Below, one piece after another: positions 59,101-64,000 of a stretch of 64,000 nt of DNA. The notes below the pieces were generated by a model. The model saw only the letters and a program-made list of their open reading frames with translations. It made no database searches and was not told where the DNA came from. Both the position numbers and the translations under genes were made by a program. The stretch covers positions 248,001-312,000 of the forward strand of contig NIVC01000666.1 of NCBI GenBank assembly GCA_002269645.1, given 5' to 3'. Source of the DNA: Macrostomum lignano (taxonomy: Eukaryota). Every line of letters begins with the position of its first letter. The stretch's first letter is position 1.

Positions 59101-61604
59101 GTCTGCAATGCCTGAAGCAGATTTGGCATGAACTTATCAATTACATACTGTGGCGGAATCCACTGCCGCACAGCAAACCTCAGCTTATCGATAGGATTAG
59201 GCAATCCTGCGAGTTGGCTTCGATATTTGATTCCGGCCGGGTGATAAAAAAACTGTTTGCAGAATCGGATTTGGTTCTCTTCACTCCAAAATTTGGACAG
59301 GAAGAGCTCATCAAAAAATATACTTTCCTGAAGACAAACATTTTCCAGATGTTCCAACAGAGCTTTCTTCGCATCATCAACAAGACGCCACTGTTCCCTG
59401 GAGTCCGTGTCCTGCACGGCGTCTCTCCTGGAGCGGATGTCTAAATCTTTGGTTAGCTCAGTCTTCTTTGAACGACCACCAAAGCGAATCAAGTCGACTT
59501 TCGAACTTTGCTGCGTGAGAATCTTACGAATGAACTCGTCTAAAGCGTTGTTCTTGTAGGTGACCAACAGAACGGGACCATTCCTGTGTCTCTTGGTCTC
59601 CTGCGCTGTGAGGTACCTCACGAGGTGTGTACCAACGTAGGTCTTTCCACAGCCTGGCGGTCCCTGGATGACGGAGATTTTTCGCTGAGTACAGTTTCTA
59701 AACGCTTGCGTTTGCGACTCATCTAACCGACTGGAGATCTCGTCTTTAAATAATTTAATCGCGCTTTTCTCACGTTGAGCAGATGAAAGCCTCGATCGTA
59801 GAATACCTGAGTGAGGCCATCTAGAGGTTAAAGAGTCTCGCGAATAAGCCAGCACATCTGACTCTGCTGGCTCATCTTCACTGTCTGATTCTTCCACTTG
59901 TATTGAATCGAAAGTGCACGACACCAGCTCCTTCTCCAGTGGCAACGTCTTGCCGTTCAGAGCCTGCACGTTTGCCAGCACGTGCCGGTAAGCTTGGAAG
60001 TAAGTCGGAGACTCGGCCAACCACAGACTCGACTTCTGAAGTCGAAGCCGTCGTAGCAGATCACACAGCTCAATGCTGCCCGATTCGAATATCGGCTCGA
60101 CAAAGATCAGACCGAACTGGTTCAGCAGACCGGAGTCCCTGTTACTCACCGTCACGCAAACAAACTCTGTGAAAGTTTCGTCAAACGACAAGCAGAGCAA
60201 ATTTCCGAACATCAGCAACGGAGACTTCTCCCAGTTTTTCACCACCCTATTGAACGGCTCGATCTTGAGCACCAAGGACAACTCTTTGTGAGTAATATCG
60301 ATGCCTCTGAGCTCGACTTGATGGTAGACTGTCATGTCTCGGCGATTCAAATTGCCGCCAATGAACTGCTGGATGCCGGATCTCAGCTTCTCGAAGCAGT
60401 CCGCACGCAGCAGCTTCAGGTTCGTCTCGAGATAATCGGCCACCGAGTCGTACGGAGCATGAGTTTGCATTGGCGGAAGCAGCCGGATTGTCTCGCCCAT
60501 GTCGGTCGAGCTCAACACCTCCTCCTTACTCAAGGTGGCTGACAGCTCGTGCCAGCTCAGGTCGGAGTTTCTCACTGGCAGGAACCTCCGGCACATCAGC
60601 TTGGCCAGCTCGAAAGCATCTTTGCCAGAAAAGTGAGTGTCGTAGAACTGCTGGCACAGCTGCATGATGAGGTAGCATCTGTCTGGAACCAGCTGACCAA
60701 CCATCTCGCAGAACGTCTTGAGTGTACTCACTTTGTCTGCTGAGTACCTTTTGCTCGCTGCCTCTGTGAACAGCTGGCGACAGGCGCCTCGATCGAGCTG
60801 GAAGTTCTTCTCGTGCATGAGATGCTGGATGCTCAGGCCGATGTCGCGCTGCTGGTATGCACTCGCTCTACTGTTGACTCGTACGAAGAACTCCAACACA
60901 GTGTACAGCGAGTCAGCACTCAGTCGGGGCCACTGACCGACGATCGACCAGCCAGGAGGAACCTCCAGCAACTGCTGAATGTCTCTGTTACTCGTCTTGC
61001 TACTCAGCGACTCAATGAAGCTGCTGACTTTTTGATCGCTTCGTTGGACGGGCTTCTCCAGCCGCATGTCCATTGTCGGCTTCTGGCCAGGCTTCGCCTC
61101 GCGCGGTGTGCAGGTGACCTGGTCTCCATGCTCGGGGTCCCAGCCGCTAAAGTACAGCTTCCGAGGCAGAACTGTTTGCTTACCGGTGTCGGTCGTCACG
61201 TGGTATATTTTCAATGGCCTATCGTCAAGCACGTGGCTGTTCGTAATAGTCCCTGCGATTATCGGACGAACCATTAGTTGTGTAGCCACTTGTTGCTTTT
61301 GTGCCTGCAGTTGAGCCGCTTCTTGTGAAGTGTTTGAAGGCAAGTCAGCTACTTGGGATGAGGCTTCAGGTCGCGAGCTGCCCAATGGAGCCCGGCTGAT
61401 GTCGACCGCAGATGTTTTGTTTCCTTTGTGCTCGATTCGGTACCGCAGCCTGTCTCCAACCTGCAGGTTGAGCTGCTGAACCCAGTAGTACCAGAAAATG
61501 ACCCCGTGGCGGGCTGACGGGTCATCCTCAAACGATACAAATCCATGTTTGCCCAGTGTGATGCTGCTGACGTAACCTAGAGAAGCAGATGGCAAAAATC
61601 GCAT
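56136..61604 (-). CDS. ZNFX1: ZNFX1-like SF1 helicase / NF-X1 zinc-finger protein fused to a C-terminal PARP-type ADP-ribosyltransferase domain; 1822 aa, single coding exon
   Basis: IQGPPGCGKT, VIVEEAAE, LIGDHKQLRP, QNRMRP, ILTPYQGQ, IDVYQGDENDIVLVSLVRS, SLNRRCVAQSR; many CGH.C...C zinc fingers; FHGT...GMYGAGIYFA...KS.QY...DEYIVY. An in-frame TAG lies 12 nt before the ATG. The symbol denotes family, not proven orthology. Confidence 0.93.
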   Translation of the reverse strand: MRFLPSASLGYVSSITLGKHGFVSFEDDPSARHGVIFWYYWVQQLNLQVGDRLRYRIEHKGNKTSAVDISRAPLGSSRPEASSQVADLPSNTSQEAAQLQAQKQQVATQLMVRPIIAGTITNSHVLDDRPLKIYHVTTDTGKQTVLPRKLYFSGWDPEHGDQVTCTPREAKPGQKPTMDMRLEKPVQRSDQKVSSFIESLSSKTSNRDIQQLLEVPPGWSIVGQWPRLSADSLYTVLEFFVRVNSRASAYQQRDIGLSIQHLMHEKNFQLDRGACRQLFTEAASKRYSADKVSTLKTFCEMVGQLVPDRCYLIMQLCQQFYDTHFSGKDAFELAKLMCRRFLPVRNSDLSWHELSATLSKEEVLSSTDMGETIRLLPPMQTHAPYDSVADYLETNLKLLRADCFEKLRSGIQQFIGGNLNRRDMTVYHQVELRGIDITHKELSLVLKIEPFNRVVKNWEKSPLLMFGNLLCLSFDETFTEFVCVTVSNRDSGLLNQFGLIFVEPIFESGSIELCDLLRRLRLQKSSLWLAESPTYFQAYRHVLANVQALNGKTLPLEKELVSCTFDSIQVEESDSEDEPAESDVLAYSRDSLTSRWPHSGILRSRLSSAQREKSAIKLFKDEISSRLDESQTQAFRNCTQRKISVIQGPPGCGKTYVGTHLVRYLTAQETKRHRNGPVLLVTYKNNALDEFIRKILTQQSSKVDLIRFGGRSKKTELTKDLDIRSRRDAVQDTDSREQWRLVDDAKKALLEHLENVCLQESIFFDELFLSKFWSEENQIRFCKQFFYHPAGIKYRSQLAGLPNPIDKLRFAVRQWIPPQYVIDKFMPNLLQALQTGSCTASSGTTNKTDEEAEEDELNDEQEQIKTERLLASGGDSRTTFSLNLSQQEPSPVRLDQRLIRIVSEKWHTLRYTQNLWELKPEDRFLFMQGCLLDHFDKAWTRHSSKLNFLFRQYERHRDEYKEANLNRDVKICQDVDVIAMTITGASINNELLKRLRPNTVIVEEAAEIMEPMLLGCLGDWTERLFLIGDHKQLRPTVENYELVKHCHLDVSMMERLINCGFPFDCLQFQNRMRPDISKYLKLDVYPDLQDNIDSVKGHDIPSFMPKAVAFWDVKNMSESGERSYVNDGEAELIVEVAMTFLRFGYKPSQLTILTPYQGQVRLIRRELRPRLEDWERDVSNRSALANEANEGFIKVHSIDVYQGDENDIVLVSLVRSEKPGFLASLNRRCVAQSRSHCGLVFIGKASLLRKCAEWSQLLTAFEEDGVLRSDFPVVCRKHGTEHSWRSAAELSRMKGVFCRSKCVETMPCGEHVCPKLCQPWHEHDRCDKMVIVKLPCSHTTKIQCFLSSDPRHLKCEEKCIRMLSCGHPCPLKCSEICDSKHCTQNIEAQLSCGHVQSKLCNQPFGTCQESVAKTLPCGHVKQMLCFEWKKVIRNTKIIQSNTKNTKYKIVKCTETCSKKLPCGHQCTQKCFETCSPQLCIVNVSKRCLACKEQFGSPCGKNQTHCDRIRTVKLSCDHALRTPCSQSSTASLAACKRQCEKTLPCGHKCQSVCSTSPCPPCPEKAFRKLCRHECQCWELSEECLTDVTKKFQCGHEETVACCALARLLEGQSCSACWGLEKQMRLRQLQSAHGSEIKRKMLTETDENTAVEYFKVHDRVMRYIKSEHSVTVRAILSIEKIENPALDRRLLDVSSQLVKKDAVPELFFHGTRNAIAELIIKEGFKVGSRGMYGAGIYFATDTTKSIQYCCESGTMSLLLCDVLLGRTMVCDKPQNHLNLSAVNGAGYDSVFARRNTKGTGGVLNDEYIVYRPEQAAPRYLIRFQ

Positions 61605-61834
61605 TGTTGATTCCTAATTTCTGAGTTGGGGAAAAGATGTTTAAAAGATTGTCATGGCCTACCAAAAGTAGACTGATATACCGTCTTCTCTTCACCCTGA
61701 TGGGAAGCGACCTGCCTGCTCAGTTTCCCACACAGTACACTAGTTTTCTTCTGCTTATCTGAGTAACTTCATTCCAAAAAGTTTCATTCATTTCTCAGCT
61801 TCATCCACATCAACTTCAGTGTAGAAGCACACAG

Positions 61835-62076
61835 TGCAAGCACACTTCAGTGGATAGTAGCACACAATGTATGCAAGCACACTTTAGTGGATAGTAGCAC
61901 ACAATGTATGCAAGCACACTTTAGTGGATAGTAGCACACAATGGAGGGTTCATCGGAAGTCAGAGTTTAAGGCAATGGAGGGTTCATCGGAAGTCAGAGT
62001 TTAAGGCAATGGAGGGTTGGCGGCGGTAGCCGCTCGTGTCAATTAGGCCATTGCCTTAAACTCTGACTTCCGATGA
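61835..62076. repeat. 37-bp x3 and 34-bp x2.3 direct repeats ending in a perfect 29-bp inverted repeat (61984-62012 / 62048-62076)
   Basis: TCATCGGAAGTCAGAGTTTAAGGCAATGG ... CCATTGCCTTAAACTCTGACTTCCGATGA with a 35-nt loop. Confidence 0.95.
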
Positions 62077-62332
62077 GCATCATTGCTAAAAATTTCAAAA
62101 CTCTTACGTAATCTACGCACTTTATGTACACTATCGTGAATTCTTATCAGTCGATGCTTCTAAGGGGGTTTGAAATAAGGTTACCTCCACCTCGCCTATG
62201 TCTCACCTTTAAGTCGCGCACCTGAAGTCACCCACCCCTTACTCTGCACCCACCCCTAAATTAATTACAAATATAAATATTTGCGTGTCTAGAGATCAAA
62301 TCTCAGATAGAGAAAAGCGGACGGCTGCAGAG

Positions 62333-63822
62333 ATGGAGGCACCGCTCATTAATTGGAAGCATTTGCCCTGCAGTGAGCTGGGCAACGTGACTAAGGACGA
62401 ATTGAATTTTGTTTCGGAGGCTTCTTACAATGACAGAAGGGACGACGAGTTCGCTAGATTTCTCGAATTCATTCAAAAGGAGCCCGAGCCCGATGAGCAT
62501 CTGCCGCTCCTGCAGGAAGGCGGCGTAGATATCAGCGCCATGGACATCGCCGAGATTGACAGCCTACCAGCAGACAGCAGGAAGCAGATGATCAGCCATG
62601 GACAGCGGTTCAAGACATTCCTCACAGAGGAAAATCTTCAGCGCAATTTACAAACCATTCCGAATTCGGTGCTCAACCAATACATTCGCTACTTCTACTT
62701 TAAACTGAAGAAGATTGACGGCGAACCCTACTCTCCTGCATCGCTGGTGTGCATCAGGGCTGGACTGCAGCGCTATTTGCGGATGATCGAGAAGCTAACC
62801 GTTGACATCATCAATGGAGAAGACTTTTCTTCTGCAAATAGCATGCTGCGTGTGAAGGTTCGAGACTTTCACCAGAGTGGTGGGAGGACGCAGCAGTTTG
62901 AGCCAATCGAGGAGGGGGACATGAGGAAGCTGATGATCTACTTCCAAGGCAGCACAGCTGAAGTTGAGCAGGACAAATTCTTATTCTACATCATATACAG
63001 CTTTGGCGAGCGAGGCCAGGAGCACCTCAAGTTCTTGAAGGATAGAAGCTCACTTCAATTGCACGTCGACTCTGATGGAAAGCCGTACTACTGTCTGCCT
63101 CCGTTGCCCTCGAAAAATAAGTCAGCAGATCCAGAGAAGGCCAAGAAGCAGCCGGACAACAAGCAGGCCAGAATTTACGACGTGGAAAAGGTGGAGAAAT
63201 ACCTCAAGCTGCTTCCAGTTACAACGAAGGACAACAATCTGTTTCCTCGTCCTTTGGCCAGCCGCAACGATGAAGGCCCTGTTTTCTCCTCGAAGCAGAA
63301 CCGTGGAGAGAATTATCTGAGTGGCTTCATGAGAAACTTGAGTACGAAGGCGGGACTTGCGAAGACCTACACGAATCATTGCATTCGGTAAGACTGATAA
63401 ATTAATAATAGTAACTTTAATTATGTTATGATACATGTTATGTTACCAGTTACTCATGAATCCAACTATATAAATTTGCACTCTAAAACAGGGTCACGCG
63501 AATATGCGATCTCGAGGCGGCAGGGCACAGCATGAGCGATATAATGAGCATTACTGGACAGCTGAGCGAGCGAACGACTAGGAGGTACCTAGCCAAGCGT
63601 CGCGACCGGTCGCTTCAAAAGACGAGTGAGTCTGTTCAGGTGGCGTTGAATCGTCATGATCTAGAGCAAGAAGCTGGGCCACCCGAACATGCTGATGCTG
63701 TTGAGATTGTCGGTGAGACTGCAGTATCGACGGAGGTTAGTGTTAGCACTGAAGCTGCCTATTCTGTTGGTACGAAGTTTGCCTTCAACAATTGCACCTT
63801 TCACGGATGTTCCTTTAATTAG
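62333..63822 (+). CDS. Crypton-type tyrosine recombinase (DUF3504-like); exons 62333-63387, 63492-63822; 461 aa
   Basis: LKKIDGEPYSPASLVCIRAGLQRYL, FGERGQEH, SKNK, RGENYLSGFM, YTNHCIR|VT, SITGQ...RRY and C-terminal FAFNNCTF; phase-2 GT-AG intron inside the HxxR arginine codon. Confidence 0.88.
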
Positions 63823-64000
63823 GCATGCAATCTTTACTTCTACAGGAATCAGCAAATTGTACTCGTAGAATTACTGAAAGAATAAGAACGACAGTCTAGT
63901 TTAATATTTTTTATTTAATGACTTTTAGTACTTTGCTCGACCAGTATGATGTTCATCACCGACAAAAATTTACATGATATACTGACACCAGCTGTGCTTT

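Noticed and set aside
56279-61546. Many short ORFs overlapping the helicase-ART gene on both strands
   Set aside because: Shadow ORFs of a long coding sequence; no recognisable motifs.
56136-63822. Bacterial contamination or prokaryotic defence island
   Set aside because: The recombinase has a GT-AG intron, and the VEEAAE helicase plus NF-X1 fingers are eukaryotic ZNFX1 features.

Overview
This is eukaryotic (animal) genomic DNA. It has GC-rich exons, introns filled with intron-specific minisatellites, and AT-rich intergenic DNA full of transposons; the style suggests a free-living flatworm such as Macrostomum, which is an inference only. I reconstructed five housekeeping genes by hand with splice phases checked: INTS8 (-, 7 exons, one apparent 1-nt frameshift), UQCR11 (+), BTF3/beta-NAC (+), KRI1 (+) and a class I myosin of the MYO1D/G type (-, 11 exons, including a 66-nt IQ exon absent from the ORF track). 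Highlights: (1) an intronless 1822-aa ZNFX1-type SF1 RNA helicase with NF-X1 zinc fingers, fused to a tankyrase-like H-Y-E ADP-ribosyltransferase domain; (2) a Crypton-type tyrosine recombinase transcribed divergently from it, with a perfect 29-bp hairpin between the two genes, which could indicate a cargo-carrying mobile block; (3) two paralogous ~230-nt intronic box C/D RNAs whose D-box guides place the D+5 nucleotide on C34 of elongator tRNA-Met (SNORD97-like), in a host with tiny non-coding exons. The window also holds a very young non-autonomous LTR element, a CORE-type tRNA SINE, MITEs and a LINE remnant. Most long ORFs in the track are artefacts of tandem repeats.
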